DNA of 64,000 nt from Octopus vulgaris (lineage: Eukaryota). Positions 1-16,603 of this stretch are shown here, piece by piece; the stretch's first letter is position 1, and the number at the start of each line of letters is the position of its first letter. The notes below the pieces were generated by a model that was given only the letters and a program-made list of their open reading frames with translations, had not been told where the DNA came from and ran no database searches. A program made the position numbers and the translations under genes. Where the stretch lies: positions 105,090,001-105,154,000 of the forward strand of contig OX597822.1 in assembly GCA_951406725.2 (NCBI GenBank). The letters are read 5' to 3'.

Positions 1-2000
1 ATATATATATACACAGATACAAAAACTCCCATCCACTCACATGCAAACATACACACACACACAAACATATAATGGAGTGGACACACAATACCAGGCCACT
101 GTCTCATGGGATGTGAATTCATCTCCGCTGTATTGTCTGGGAAGAATATTTAATTTCTCATGACTCAGTTCAGTATTGTGTGATGACTTGTTTGCATATT
201 CTACGTGTATGGTACTATGTGGTGTTGCATTTATGTGCGTATTTGTATGTGTGCGTGTGCATGTTCTTGTATGTGCCAGTATACGTACACACGTAACTGC
301 GTTATGCATGTGTGCGCTGCGTTTAGTCGACTGGAAAATCTGATAGACTTTCTCATCATTAACATTTTATGCAATTAAGAACCACTACTAACGCGGGAAA
401 GAGACTTCACCAGAAAACTGCTCATTTTCTTACCCAAACGATTCGAGTATTCTAGAAGTAGAATGCGTTTAACGGTTCTGGAGAAACAATAGATGTTAAC
501 ATGACATGATTCCTATGTCTTTACGCAAGAATTAACATATCAGAGATCAGTAATTTATAAGCCTGCATCACTAAAATGGATTTTAGAAGATTGTTATTGA
601 TAATTTAATGTTAATGTATAACGGTTGAAAATAGGGATTTCAACGATACAACCCAAGAATAAATGCATTGAAATATTAATACCTTATTTTTTAAGATATG
701 TATCACATTAGTATGGATCATGCCTTTTAATTCCGTCAAGAACTATAGATTAAGCGAGAGTAATATACTGCAATCTTTCACCCCGATGATGCGTTTCCTC
801 TCTTCTTCATAGGGTATAAAAAAAGGCAACGTGTCTGCCCAAAAGAAATCAATACCAGCACTCCATTCGTCTATTTTGCAAATACTTGGTTTTTTTCTTT
901 TCCTGCATTGATCGATTCTTTTCTAATCTGATAGGCTGTTTTGAACTCAGTGATATAATTTATGCATGAATGTCATACTTCTAGAGTTTATTATTAATAT
1001 AATGCAAATAACGGCTTCTTTTATTTTTAAGCGTCGTTTAAAATTTTGAAAATTACACGATTGTATGATGTATCCATTTTTCATAATTTTTCAGAATCAA
1101 TTTCATATTAGGCTTTAAAAACAAGATTAAGGATGAATTAAAATTCTAGTTCACAGAATATATTTCTATTTGATATATGCATTTTTGCAGTAACAAACAA
1201 ATAAGCGAATAAATAAGTAAATAAATGAACTAAAGTCAACGAAAGAAGAGCATATGCTAAAACAGAATTTAGTTGATGTACCACTCTGTGTTCTTTCCGT
1301 TCGCTAATGTACACAAGTTTCAAAAATTTAATCGTTTATTTATTCAGGTTTAATCAGTGGTGACTTTCGAAATTATGTGTATAGACTTATTTTATTTACT
1401 CAATTGATTTATATGTATTTGTACAGCGTTTCACACGTTTATTCAGTGTGCTGGACATATTAACCAACACGGTTTTATATACAATATCAAGCTTTGGTTT
1501 TAGCAGGGAAATCTTAAGGATATCTGTATAAATATTTTCTTTGCAGTGTGTATTCCGACAATAAAAATCAAATACACATTTTTTGTTATTCGACATCAAT
1601 TGGCCTTGACTTTGAAGAGAAATATCGATTACTGTGTTTTATTTTAACTTTCCGCGAATATTTTGTAAAAACTGCTGCTATAATTTGATGATTAATGCGA
1701 CGAATAAGTTGCAATCGCTTGCTACTTTGTTCTCTACATGAACATGAAATTGCGCTTCGTTACGTCATAATACAGAGGCAAAATGGCGATCACACTTCAA
1801 TTTGCACTCAGGCAACAAACTGCTCCCTCTACTATCTCGCCTCAGCTCTACACAACCACCAAATTTGATAACCCTTATGCACGATCCGACCATCAGTACC
1901 ACGTACATACATACATACATACATACAAGCACAAACATAGATACATACATACATACATACATACATACATACACACAAGCACAAACATAGATACAAACGT

Positions 2001-2312
2001 TTTGTTTCTTGTTTGTTTCTTCTCGAGCCATGCCTGGCTCATAAGGGCCGGTTTCACTGTTTCCTGGGCGTATAGGTTCCCCACCTGAATGGGACGCCGG
2101 TCCGTCGCAGGTGAGATGTAAGATGCAGGAGGAAAGAGTGAGAGAAAGTTGTGGTGAAAGAGTCGGAAGAAGTTCGCCATTACCTTCTGCCGGAGCAGCA
2201 AGGAGCTTAGGTGTTTCCCTCATAAACACACACATCATCTGGTCTGAGATTCGAACCTACGATCCCTCGACCGTGAGTCCGCTGCTCCAACCACTAGGCC
2301 ATGTGCTTCCAC
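2001..2312 (-). mobile_element. tRNA-derived SINE, family C, tail type 1, full length
   Basis: Minus strand starts GGAAGCACA-TGGCCTAGTGG (A box) and has GGTTCGAATC (B box). It ends in an A-rich GAAACAAACAAGAAACAAA tail. A 12-bp target-site duplication AGATACAAACGT lies at 1989-2000 and 2313-2324. Confidence 0.9.
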
Positions 2313-2629
2313 AGATACAAACGTACATGGTATTCGGACTAAACGTGTCTCCTTTCTTGAAGAAGCATTAAATGTATTGGAAGGCTACAATAATGGAAGT
2401 TACAGTTGAGAAAAATTTAGCTGATATGGAGGACTACAATTCCATCTGCATACTGGAAAATATTTATCTCTATCATGATAATTCGCGTTGGCATTATATA
2501 TGGCGACATCAGGACTACTGCTCAATGTTCAGTAGACAAAGTAAAGACTGAAAGACGTGTCAAGGACGTTGCAGCTGAGACTAAGCAGCAGTGACCTGCA
2601 GGAAGAGAAACAATAGGCAATCTGATTAC

Positions 2630-2984
2630 GTCTGTATGCCAGAGTTCATTACATCTTTGAACAAAGCCTTAGGCTCTATTCGGACGGCTATATGAAGCGT
2701 CTGGAGACTGGTGAAACTCTGGCTAGAGGCAGTTGATACAAGAAGGCTGTATTCGGCTCCTTGCCAGGCCCAATTTTTGACATCTTAATTCCTGCGATTA
2801 TAATCCACACAGATTTCTATGCAAGGAGCGCGAGTAACAAAGGAACCAACCGCTTTCCCTAAAACACAAACGAACTGCTGGCCAAGCTCAAGGAGATATC
2901 CGAAGATCTTCACAGGAACATAGCGAGAAGTTCTGAAGCCGTCTTAGGGCTATGGTGGAAGCTGTTAACAGCAATTTTGAGTAA
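2630..2984 (+). pseudogene. Decayed Tc1/mariner (DD37D/maT-like) transposase fragment
   Basis: Frameshifted translation YIFEQSLRLYSDGYMKRLET-VKLWLEAVDTRRLY..SAPC ... SRLRAMVEAVNSNFE* parallels the better preserved transposase at 4003-4450. Confidence 0.7.
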
Positions 2985-3086
2985 GCTTTTATCTCCCAGA
3001 TATGCTTTGAATATTTAAAAATACTTTAATTTTGGATGGGGAATTGCGATTTCTTTTCCTTTTCTGCAAGCCAGAACAAAATGATG

Positions 3087-3549
<463 letters not shown>

Positions 3550-3612
3550 ATATATATATATATATATATATGGGGGGTGCATGTGTGTGTGTATCTATCA
3601 ATCTATCCATCC

Positions 3613-3717
<105 letters not shown>

Positions 3718-3725
3718 CATATATG

Positions 3726-4587
3726 TATATAGTGAGCGACGGGTTAATGGGATAATTATCGCCATTTTATCTTTTTTTAATTTCGCATTCTTTGTTTTTG
3801 ATTTTGTTGACTACACAGTGAGAAAGCACCACCATGGCGCAATTCCCTCTGCCGGAAATTTGGAAACGAATTGCTGTACTGCTTGTTATTAGAGTCAGAT
3901 ACTTCAGTACAAACGTTCCAGTGCTTGGGTGTCAATCTGAGAACAGTGCAATCTGAAGACAAGTACCAGGAGTGATAAAAATCAAGCATCCATTCAGCAT
4001 CAGTGTTTGGAGTGATCACTAGTGATGGCAACGTTATGCCTGCTTTCATCTTCACACACGACCTCAGACTCAGCATGGAGGCATACATCAAGTGCCTGGA
4101 GGAAGTAGTGCTGCCTTGGGTCAAGAGAGTGGCTTCTGGAAGACACTATGTCTGGCAACAGGACTCTGCACCATGCCACACAAGCAGGAGAATCCAGCCA
4201 TGGCTGTCAGACAATTTTTGCAACCACATCACTCCTAACATCTGTCACCTAACTCTCCAGACTGTAACCTTCTTCATTATTATGTGTAGGGTGCAGTTGA
4301 GCGAGAAACCAACAAATCTCCTGGTAACACCAAAGGTGAAATGAAGGCAAGGATCATGGCAGCATTCACCAACTCAAACGGGGAGACCTCCAGGAGAGTT
4401 GCAGGAGATTCTGAAGTCATCTGGAGGCCGTGGTTGAAGCCGATTGATATGTTATTGAATAAATTTACTCTTTTGTATTTCAAAATATTTTAATGTAATT
4501 TTGGTAAATAAACCTGTTAAATTGAGATGTCAGTGTTACTTTCATTTTTGCGTAATCTAGTTGACGATATATTCACCGCACCCTGTA
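3726..4587 (+). mobile_element. Internally deleted Tc1/mariner DD37D (maT-like) transposon with transposase pseudogene
   Basis: ORF 4003-4344 reads VFGVITSDGNVMPAFIF...YVWQQDSAPCHTSRRIQPWLSDNF. After a frameshift it continues SPNSPDCNLLHYYV*GAVERETNK. The spacing from QQD to the third catalytic position (now H) is 37 residues. The right end CACCGCACCCTG-TA is a CAGGGTG-type TIR plus TA. The left end is uncertain. Confidence 0.85.
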
Positions 4588-4744
4588 TACACACAGACAT
4601 CCACATATATACATACACACAGACATCCACATATATACATACACACACGCCGAATATTGCGACTCAGCACTGGTTAGGGCGGGATATGAGATAATATAGA
4701 ATATATACAAAATACTATAACACTACATGAATATCCAGTCCGAG

Positions 4745-4810
<66 letters not shown>

Positions 4811-5079
4811 AATATGTTACCAATAATCGAAGAATAAAAAATCCCACCCTGGCAAAAAAAAAAAAAAGAAAAAAACAATGAATGAGATAGGGACTAGAAT
4901 AGGAAAACACAAAGACAACACTTAGTAAAGTAAGAATCAAAAGAGGCGCATAAAGCAATACGGAAGAGTAGAAGGGAAAGGACAGATAAACGCGGGTAGA
5001 AAGAGCAGCCATATAGTAGAAACAAAGCTAACAGATAATATCGAACCAAATAGATACATTAAAAGAAATGGAAAAATAA

Positions 5080-5340
5080 TAAATGACGAAATTATCTGGT
5101 TTATCCCAATATTTGGATTGCAAACAATATCTAAGATAGGACAGGAATTCTTCTCGCGCTGGATAGGTATTTTCGTAGATCAAGTTAAAATGCTTCAAAA
5201 TCCTCTACAGCTTGAAGGTGAAATTAGCGTACACGCCATCTCATAACCTAAAATATTATATAAATAAATTAAATGACAAAGAAATTAATAAAATAAAACG
5301 AGAATGTGGAAATGGAAACGTGGCAGATCGAAATAAAACA
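5080..5340 (+). pseudogene. Penelope-like element remnant (RT to GIY-YIG linker region)
   Basis: Frameshifted translation NDEIIWFIPIFGLQTISKIGQEFFS/LDRYF../FKILYSLKVKLAYTPSHNLKYYINKLNDK matches the PLE linker pattern IIWFNPP..IGKEF..LDKHF..KIFN..VKISYS..NLK.II. Confidence 0.6.
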
Positions 5341-5364
5341 TACAGCGATAGAATGGATAGTAAA

Positions 5365-5747
5365 TCTTTATATATAAAAGTGAAGTTGTGTGTCTGTCTC
5401 CTACGATTTAGATTCCTAACTACTCCCACATTTTGCGATGCAGTTTAACCAAAACCGGGTATCTTATAGTCGTGATTAATATCGAGCCCTTCTGGGTATT
5501 AGCGCGCGTCTACGATGAGTCTACGATTTTAAAAATAATTTAACATCATTTTTTTTCTATTTTAATGCATATTTTTTTAATATAAGGGAAGTAACTCTCT
5601 AAAAATGTCTACGATGAGTCAACGATTTAAAAAAAAATTACCATCATATTTTTTCCATTTTTAATGCATTTTTTTGCTATAACTCTCTAAAAATGCTTTA
5701 TAGTTATTTCCCTTACAAACCCGAGCAACGCCGGGCGATACTGCTAG
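5365..5747 (+). mobile_element. Non-autonomous Helitron
   Basis: 5' TC, 3' CTAG, inserted between A and T with no TSD. Subterminal GC hairpin CCCGAGCAACGCCGGG. Internal ~90-bp tandem duplication. A close copy lies at 40053-40454. Confidence 0.9.
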
Positions 5748-7617
5748 TACTTTATTAAAACAGACTTGGGTCCAAATAATTGTACATCATTAACAATGAA
5801 GTCGAAACATGGGTTAGTGATATGCTTCTCAGCATTTACAGGTGATTGAGCCGGTCGTGTAACCCCATTTGATCAAAGCAAGTTTTGATCGTTTATTTCT
5901 CGTTCTTTGGCGGTTGAGCGCTTTCCACTAAATACATACTGCTTCAGCAGGAGGATAGTTCCTATGGCAATTGGAGAAGAGGTGTTTCTCAATCTCTTCA
6001 ATCAAGAGATGGAATCTTCTTTCTTCCCCAGATGATGTTAGGGTTTGAACATGGCCAAACAAGGTTCTTAACTTCCGTAGTTGGGCCGGCTGTTTACGTC
6101 CATGTAGACAGAAAGCAGGAAAAAAAAAAACGACGGCAAAATACTTTTGTATTCTGCATCTTTTCCCTGATTTTATGTACGTGGAATTTTGGCACGAAGT
6201 AAGCTGATATGTGTCTGTTATACAATTAGAAAAAGGTACGAATGAAGAACTACTATTTCCAAGCTAACAAAAATATCAGGTTTTCTCTCTAAGTGAGACA
6301 CCGACTAACACTATGCAATGCATTTTTCGAAATAAAACAAAAAATTCTTTTCAAGCAGAATTATCGGTAAACTATTCATAGAAAGATATCTGATAAAATA
6401 TAACAATAGACAATAAATTCAACCACCATAGCACATAACTTCATATTATATATCGAGTGTGTGTGTGTGTATGTATGTGTGCCAATGTGTGTGTGTGTGT
6501 TCTCGCGTATGTGTGCACGTGTGTGGCCAATCAATTAATTCGAAATGTATTCTATGGAACATCATCAAATCTATATTTGTGCATTGTTTGTAAAATTAAA
6601 TCATAAATCATTGCTAGCTAAAACAAAGATAAGGATATTATACATGAATAATACATTGTCCATAAAGACTTTTAAAATATTAGCTGTGTTGTTTTTTTAG
6701 CTGTTATTGTTTAAATGTTAAAGTTAATCAATACATTTTACGGTACTAAACTACAGAAAAAAAAATGAAAGTAGTCACGTTATGATTATCTGTGCGTCGA
6801 TTTCAAAAAAATAGATTTTGAGATAAGACAAAAGGCGAAGCATGTAACAATGAAATGTCTTCATAACAGTTTTACACAAATTTTAATGTAAAAATTTGTA
6901 TACTTAGATCATGGTTGACTGCACACTTAAATTAGGTTTGATTAGCTCTAACGAGAGGGGGAAAATGACAGACAGACAGACAGGCTGACATACAGTACTG
7001 ACATTCCCATATGTTTTCTCTCTCATTATATCATTTCAATATATTTGGTAATTTAAAAACGTAAATTTTTCGTGGCTTCACACGAAATACATAACTGCAT
7101 AATATATTATGAGTATTTCAAAGGAGATATTGAATAAAGTCTCAAATACAAATTAACGATGCATACTGTCATTAGAAACACATTTCAATTTGAACAATAA
7201 AGTACTCAGTACTTAATGTAGAGTATATAGTGTATTCGAATTCAATTTGTTTTCTCGTGACAGGTGTTTCACACAACTGCCATCTCCCAGGCAAATGACT
7301 TCGGGGTTTTCGACCTAAGTTTCATATACAATAGGGCTCGGTCTTCTGTACATTACTATCGTTTACTTTGACTAGTTTCTAAATATTCATTTTCTGATAA
7401 AGTTGTCTTTTTTTTTTTTTTTACTTCTTTCCCTGCTATTTCTTTTCATTATCTAACTTGTCAGGCTGTTTGTTCAGTATTGGTCGACTTCGATATGATA
7501 TCCGGTTTCTACAAAAGCAGCTTTCAGAAAATGAATTTGTGTTATTCTGTGTCTGTCTTTGAACATCTCTCTTCCCCGATATATTTGTTATCAATGCTTC
7601 CTTTCTTACAATATTCT

Positions 7618-10014
<2,397 letters not shown>

Positions 10015-11909
10015 GGATGGGGTGTGCATGTGGGCGTTCGAGTTTTTGTATATTTATGTTTTTACATTTGTATAAACATAAATGCATATAAGAAATAGAC
10101 AAAAATCTATATGATCAGCAGCTAGGAAAGACATCGTGTCAAATTATGTCATATGTAACATATTCGTATATAAATTCTTTTTCAACGATCCTCGAGGTGT
10201 ATGTAAGAAATTTATTGTCTAAATAGAAAAGAAAACTACTATACTACACTACAGAGCACTCATCCATTGCAATTCACAGTAACTGTAAGTGGAATAAATT
10301 TAGTCACTTTATATATTATTCATATTTACGCTTTGTATATATAGAAAATCTGTATGTTCACAGGAATGAATGGCACGGGAGTACCGTCTGTAAATATATT
10401 AGACATTATTATACTGATATGACCGACTATAGTTGTAATAGTTTTAGTAGAGAATGTTCTTAAGATTGGACGCACAGTCTATTCGACATGAGAATTAGTA
10501 GTCTTTTCGTTGGTAAACCGAATCTTCGAGTCTGAAATATTTCTATCTCATGCAGAAGTCAATACTTCTAAAAATCTATGGTATTCGCAGAAAGTGTATA
10601 TACGCTATGCTTTTGACGTATCAATGTGTGACTATTATTTTAATCAAGCAATGTCCTCATATTCGTTATATACCGGGTGATTTTGTTTTATTCACTTATC
10701 GATTTCTAACCTATTTATGATTCTGTATTATGTATGTTCATTGAACGTGAAAATATGAAATTTGAGATTTACAAGATGAACAAGGATCTGTGATATCAAT
10801 CTAATTTTCAGTTGTAGTTGTTGGTATTCTCATTAATCCGCAGGTGAATTCAATCCAAACACATCCCAACCGCGACCATTTCATTTTCTATTGTTCTTTC
10901 TTCCAACACCGTATTCCTAAGAACACATTACCTACTGTAGCATTTTTACAACTGGTAACTATTTCTAACAGGTATAGTAACTACATTAAAATTCCCACGT
11001 GATTCGTGTATATTGCAGCAGTCGGTCTTTGTGTTGTCTTGTTTCACTAATGTGCGTGTACATTTTCACATAGAGACGGCTTTATTAGATTTATTGTTCT
11101 CAGCATTTTCGCTATTGATTTTCTTAAGGAGTCACAATATCATTGATTTCTTAATACATAATATATTGATATCGTTATCGAATCTGTGCTAGATTGAGTA
11201 GATACTGTTATATTATATTTGGTTCGTTTTTCAGTACCTCAAAATTTGTGTGAAATGGTCTGGTAGTTCTCACATACACAGATGTGTTGGTGCATTCATC
11301 ACATAGAGGGTTTAACTGACAGAAAAATAAATGGACAAGTATTGTGATTTGAGTCTGAGTCTCATGTCAATTTAAAAGATGAATGTTATAATGTGACAGA
11401 TTTCTTCTTCCTCGTAAACCCAAGTTTCATGCTTATCTAAGAAATCTTTATTTGAGATGATTGTTTTATATTTCTTAACTTTCTGTACTTCTTAGAATTG
11501 CTATGTGAGAGGCGTCTGTTGATTTACTAAGGCTGGAAAGTTTCTATAAATTAAATTTAGCAGCAAGGTCTTATGATTAACGCAAAATAGTTTTGTACCT
11601 CGCTATATCAGCTAAGCTCTGAAAATACAAAATGATTTAACCTTCCAGCTAAAACAGTCAGACATATATAATTTATATCTCCAGGAGAAATTTTCAATTT
11701 GGTTGTAACAGTATTGCCATCGGTAAATACAAGAATTTCATTACATCTCACTGTCAAAATGCTACACGCCTTTTGTGGCCATTCAAAATACGAGAACAAT
11801 TTCAATCCAACGTGGAGTATTCCAGGTACTCACTTAACCCAAGTGGTTCTCAAATTGACGAATACCGGTGATAAGTGAAAGATGTTTGCTTTCACTTGTC
11901 TTGTAATAT

Positions 11910-12105
11910 TAGTTTCAAATTTAGGCACAAGGGTAACATTTTTGAGTGTGTGTGTGCGTTGGGGGCAGATGATATCATCCATTACAATACGAGACTGGTG
12001 TTTTATTTTATCGATTGTAGGAAAATGAAAGGCAAAGTAGGCCCCGGTGAGTTTTGAACAAATACTACAAACCACTTTTCCGACACATGAACGATTCTGT
12101 CAGAT
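11910..12105 (-). mobile_element. Diverged family B SINE
   Basis: TTTCAAATTTAGGCACAAGG...ACTGGTGTTTTATTTTATCGA...GAAAGGCAAAGTAG...TTTGAAC matches the family B copies at 33000 and 55600. Confidence 0.6.
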
Positions 12106-12991
12106 AGAGAGAAGGCAGAGAAGAATTTGTATCAGTATAAATTTTGTTTATTCACGCTGATATTGTACAAGTCTTAATAGAATAAATTCATTAAATTTAA
12201 CCCGAATGTTACCAACCCAGCAGTATGTCCACCCCGTTGCAATCCTCACACCCTTACTCCTCATGAAAACCATTGGTTCAAAGTGATATTAAAATCTACC
12301 AACTTTCAATCAAATTGTACGACACTGTCTTTAAAACAAAAAAGAGAAACAAAACCAATTCGGCCATACAGAAAAAGGTAAGACACTGATATTGGAAGGT
12401 ACACTTGAATGAATTCTTGATAGTTTGAACACAAGAACTTCTTTGGATTCGGTTAACACGTTCCATGTAATAATCAAATAAATGAAATTGGTGTCTGTTT
12501 AAATTACCGTTATAGTTTTTAATGTCAAGACTTAGTTTTTTTTTTTCCTGATGAATATGTTACTTCCGTTGGTTTATATTACACTTATTGATTTCTCTAT
12601 TTACTATATATTTTGGAATCATTTTAGTTCACTTATTGGAAAAGTTGTTTTCTCTTTTTTTCTTCTTTGTTCTCTCTTTCTTTTTATTCTTTTGATGTGT
12701 GCGTAGGGTGTGTGTGTGTTTTTAACCGAAATAGAATTTTTGCGCTTTCAGCGCTTGGAAATATATCCAGATATTTGTTAACACGGATTTTTATCGTCAT
12801 CTTCCATGAAGAATTTCCACTTCAGTTCCTTTTATATTCTTCGGTATTTTGAACTGAATATAACAGCCAATATATTAGTTTAGTACTTATTTTTGAGCAG
12901 GCCATGGTTATATAAATTTAGGCTATATGAAGCTCCGTTGAGTAGAGCGTTAAGACCCTTGAATGTTATATGAAATTTTATTAGTTGTTTT

Positions 12992-13026
<35 letters not shown>

Positions 13027-13343
13027 CGTATTTGTAAAAATGTCAGTTTGCACATATATAAATAGTTTATCTTTGGTGTATATACGTGACTCTCTTTTCG
13101 TGACATTTAGGAAATGTTTCTTGGACTGTGTATGGATTAACAAACGTACACCATGCATACGTACATACACATACATTCTCACACCTTCATACACACGTAT
13201 GAGTATGTGTGTGCGTGTGTTTTGTGTCTGAGTGAGTTTCTGAATATTAACTTTTTATGTACGCATTTCACGGATTTCTTTGAATATATGAAAAAGGTCT
13301 TACTACTTTAATATGATGTAGAAGTCATTGAAATTTGACGTAA

Positions 13344-13417
<74 letters not shown>

Positions 13418-14194
13418 GTATTTGTGCGTATGTGAATAAGTGCGTCTGTATGCGGACGTATATGTGTGTACATATGCATGTTTGTTTTAGATAGCGGCAT
13501 TTTCAAAGTATCCTTATTATGGAGGACACGCAGGTGGTTCTCATCGCGATTCTTTCATTAATAGTGACTTACTGAAATAGAAATGGACGTGGATGAATAT
13601 TTCCCGATAGAAAATTTAGATGGAATCTAAGATGGATTATATAGATAGAAACTTGGTAAAATGTTGTTCATAATATTGACCGATATTGATGGCTGCCGCA
13701 GCAAGATAACTGTTTTGTTCAATAATCAAAAAAAAAAAAAAAGTCATCGATATTTCTAATGTTGATATCTAACATATACAGAAAGGTAGGGAATATAATC
13801 AACTCTTCTTTATACATGTTTACTGGCGCCATGTTAATTTGAACTACCTTACTACTCAGATTATGTTAAAAATAGACGTTAATATTTTGAGGTTTTTTGA
13901 GGCCTTCTCCCTTGCAATTTTTCGGTTAACGAATTCAGTAGTGTGATATTTGGGTCCTCGCAAAAAATCTTGTTTCCCAAGTGTAATTCTCATTTATTTG
14001 AAACTAATAATCGTTACTACTCCATAGCAGGCGACACAGGCCAACATTACTTCTGTTAGATCTGTATCAAGGTAGTTATATATTTATTAATTGTCAAACC
14101 TTAACCAATCAATTCTACTTTCCCCGGACTCAACATTGGATTGCTTATACTATCAAATTTTCAACCTAAACTATTATTACTATAAAAAGGCCAA

Positions 14195-14232
14195 TAGTGT
14201 ACTATTGTCTATAAATAGACAATAGTACACTA
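14195..14232. repeat. Perfect hairpin, 18-bp arms with a 2-nt loop
   Basis: TAGTGTACTATTGTCTAT-AA-ATAGACAATAGTACACTA. Confidence 0.9.
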
Positions 14233-14475
14233 GTTCCTGGTAAATTTCGTAATGTGTGAAACCAGTTGTTCGAGTTCCTCCACAAATACATTTTCCTAAC
14301 TATATCCTAGTTCTTGGAGAAATTTAGTAGAGTGTACATCTGCGGTGGAACCAGCTGCTTGGTTTTATCCACATATACATTCTCTTGACGAGATCCTAGA
14401 TTTTGGGCGAATTTAGTAGTGTACAACTGCGGTGGAACCAGATGCACGGACTCCACCATATACATTTTCCTGACA
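14230..14475. repeat. Diverged ~88-bp minisatellite, about 2.5-3 units
   Basis: ATCCTAG..TTGG...AATTTAGTAG..TGTACA.CTGCGGTGGAACCAG.TGC..TCCAC.ATATACATT is repeated. Confidence 0.75.
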
Positions 14476-14593
14476 AAATGCGAGTTGCTTGCATATGCTC
14501 CACTTTGATATCAGATGCAGCAAACCTCTGTGAAAATATGCAAACGTCATATACACATACAGTTTCCTTTCCACCCCCTCATGCACGCATGTA

Positions 14594-14687
<94 letters not shown>
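14594..14687. repeat. (TATC)n microsatellite
   Basis: Direct reading. Similar tracts lie at 3590-3683, 43262-43480, 44065-44212, 51394-51497 and 57248-57348. Confidence 0.95.
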
Positions 14688-14688
<1 letters not shown>

Positions 14689-16023
14689 TAACATACATAG
14701 CGAAGAAACTATTTCTCTCTCTCTAACTCTCTTTCTCACACATGTGTGTGTGTCTGTGTATCTGTACGTGTATGTATATGAGAGAAACAAATATAATTTT
14801 ACAGATTATATATATATATATTCCCACGCATGTATGCATGTATATGTATATATATATTCCCACACATGTATGTATATGTGTGTGTATTTGTGTGTGTATG
14901 TGGTGCGTGTTTGGGGGTGGCATGCGTGTTTGTGCACGCGTGCGTGTTCGTGTATATGTGCGTTGTTATATCTTCTCATTAGTGCTTCCGAATAGCTATT
15001 AAATGCAAGCAAGGGGCTTGATTATAAGACTCACTGCAACATTACAAGGTTTCATAAACAAATTATTGAAAAATATTCTAGAATTTCAACTTTGTAGTCT
15101 CACATGTTTCACTGAATTGCATCGGGTGATAATTAATTCCGTATACAGCATTCAATATTTTAACAGCTGAAAATAATATGATTCGAGTAAAACTAAAAGA
15201 ATTTCATCTTAACACGTAAATCATTAACAAATACGTCACACCGATCCTTGAAATACATCTTGAAGATATCTACCATGATAATAATGAGGATAAAGGAGAT
15301 CAAAAGTAACTTAACATCTTAGTAATCAAACAAGAACTTAAACGATTTATCGCTGCTAAAGTTGAATTATTTCGAACGTTTGCAATAATTTAAAAGAATC
15401 TTTCAAGTCGTTTATGAAATATATCACAAAAGTTGAATTTCTATTGATGCGCGTATGCCACAGTATAGAAGAAGAATGTGCGCATTGTAAATAAATCAGT
15501 ACAAAGTGAACGGCAGCTGTGTATTATGATGTTATTAACTTTCCATTTTATTCTAAATTCAGAAATAACCAAAATAATTAATACAAACATGTGAGTGACC
15601 TTTTGAGTTTGAATATGTTGTGCAAGGAGATCAGATTAGAAAATCGGAAACTATGTGTTGGAACCAATATTGTTATATTCGGGAAGAATCATTATTGTTA
15701 AACACTATAAGCACATGCTTATACACACAGAGAAAAGCTAAAGATTGGTGTGGCAAAAAAGTATTTTGTGGACTCTTTTGAAAATGGAAAGTGACAAAAA
15801 AATAACGAGAGAGAGTGTTTACGCGTTTAATCAGTAATGCTTTTTCCCCATTGCAACAACGTGTGTGTGGCACTAAAAGTTTTGTTTTCGTAGCTAACTT
15901 TCAAAACAGCTACGTCTGACTCTAGAACCGATCTACTATATTTGTGTATGCGTATCGAACAGTCACAACAAATTACCTACTGTTTATTAAGTAGAAGGAG
16001 TAGCAGTTGTTGAGCTCAATACG

Positions 16024-16072
<49 letters not shown>

Positions 16073-16107
16073 TACTTTATTTTAAGCAGCAGAAAATTCA
16101 ACAAAAT

Positions 16108-16145
16108 CTGTTACTCTGAGTTTCTCGTTGCCGTTCATCAGACAG
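16108..16145 (-). ncRNA. Minimal type I hammerhead ribozyme motif (mirror copy)
   Basis: Exact reverse complement of 16162-16199 within the palindrome. Confidence 0.7.
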
Positions 16146-16161
16146 TTTTTGCTAGCAAAAA

Positions 16162-16199
16162 CTGTCTGATGAACGGCAACGAGAAACTCAGAGTAACAG
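16162..16199 (+). ncRNA. Minimal type I hammerhead ribozyme motif
   Basis: ctgt-CTGATGA-a-cg(gcaa)cg-a-GAAA-ctc(a)gag-TA-acag. Stem I is ctgt/acag and is extendable. Predicted cut after GUA at 16195. Confidence 0.75.
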
Positions 16200-16302
16200 A
16201 TTTTGTTGAATTTTCTGCTGCTTAAAATAAAGCATATTACTCTACCACTGGTATTTGAGTACTCTTTTTCCACCTTGTTTCACATTTATGTGTTTACTCC
16301 GG

Positions 16303-16380
<78 letters not shown>

Positions 16381-16392
16381 TACATTTACATA

Positions 16393-16560
16393 CAGGAGTG
16401 GCTGTGTGGTAAGTAGCTTGCTTACCAACCACATGGTTCCGGCTTCAGTCACATCGCGTGGCACCTTGGGAAAGTGTCTTCTACTATAGCCTCGGGTTGA
16501 CCAAAGCCTTGTGAGTGGATTTGGTAGTCGTATATATATATATATATATAAATATATATA

Positions 16561-16603
<43 letters not shown>

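Larger units (their letters stand above)
16075..16232. repeat. Perfect 158-bp palindrome (79-bp arms, no loop) in a short element flanked by (TA)n
   Basis: Centre TTTTTGCT|AGCAAAAA at 16153/16154. The arms are exactly complementary out to C16075/G16232. A unique tail continues to ~16303. Confidence 0.95.

Noticed and set aside
14230-14475. Repeat-spacer-like appearance (CRISPR?)
   Set aside because: Whole units are homologous with no unique spacers, there are no cas genes, and the context is eukaryotic.
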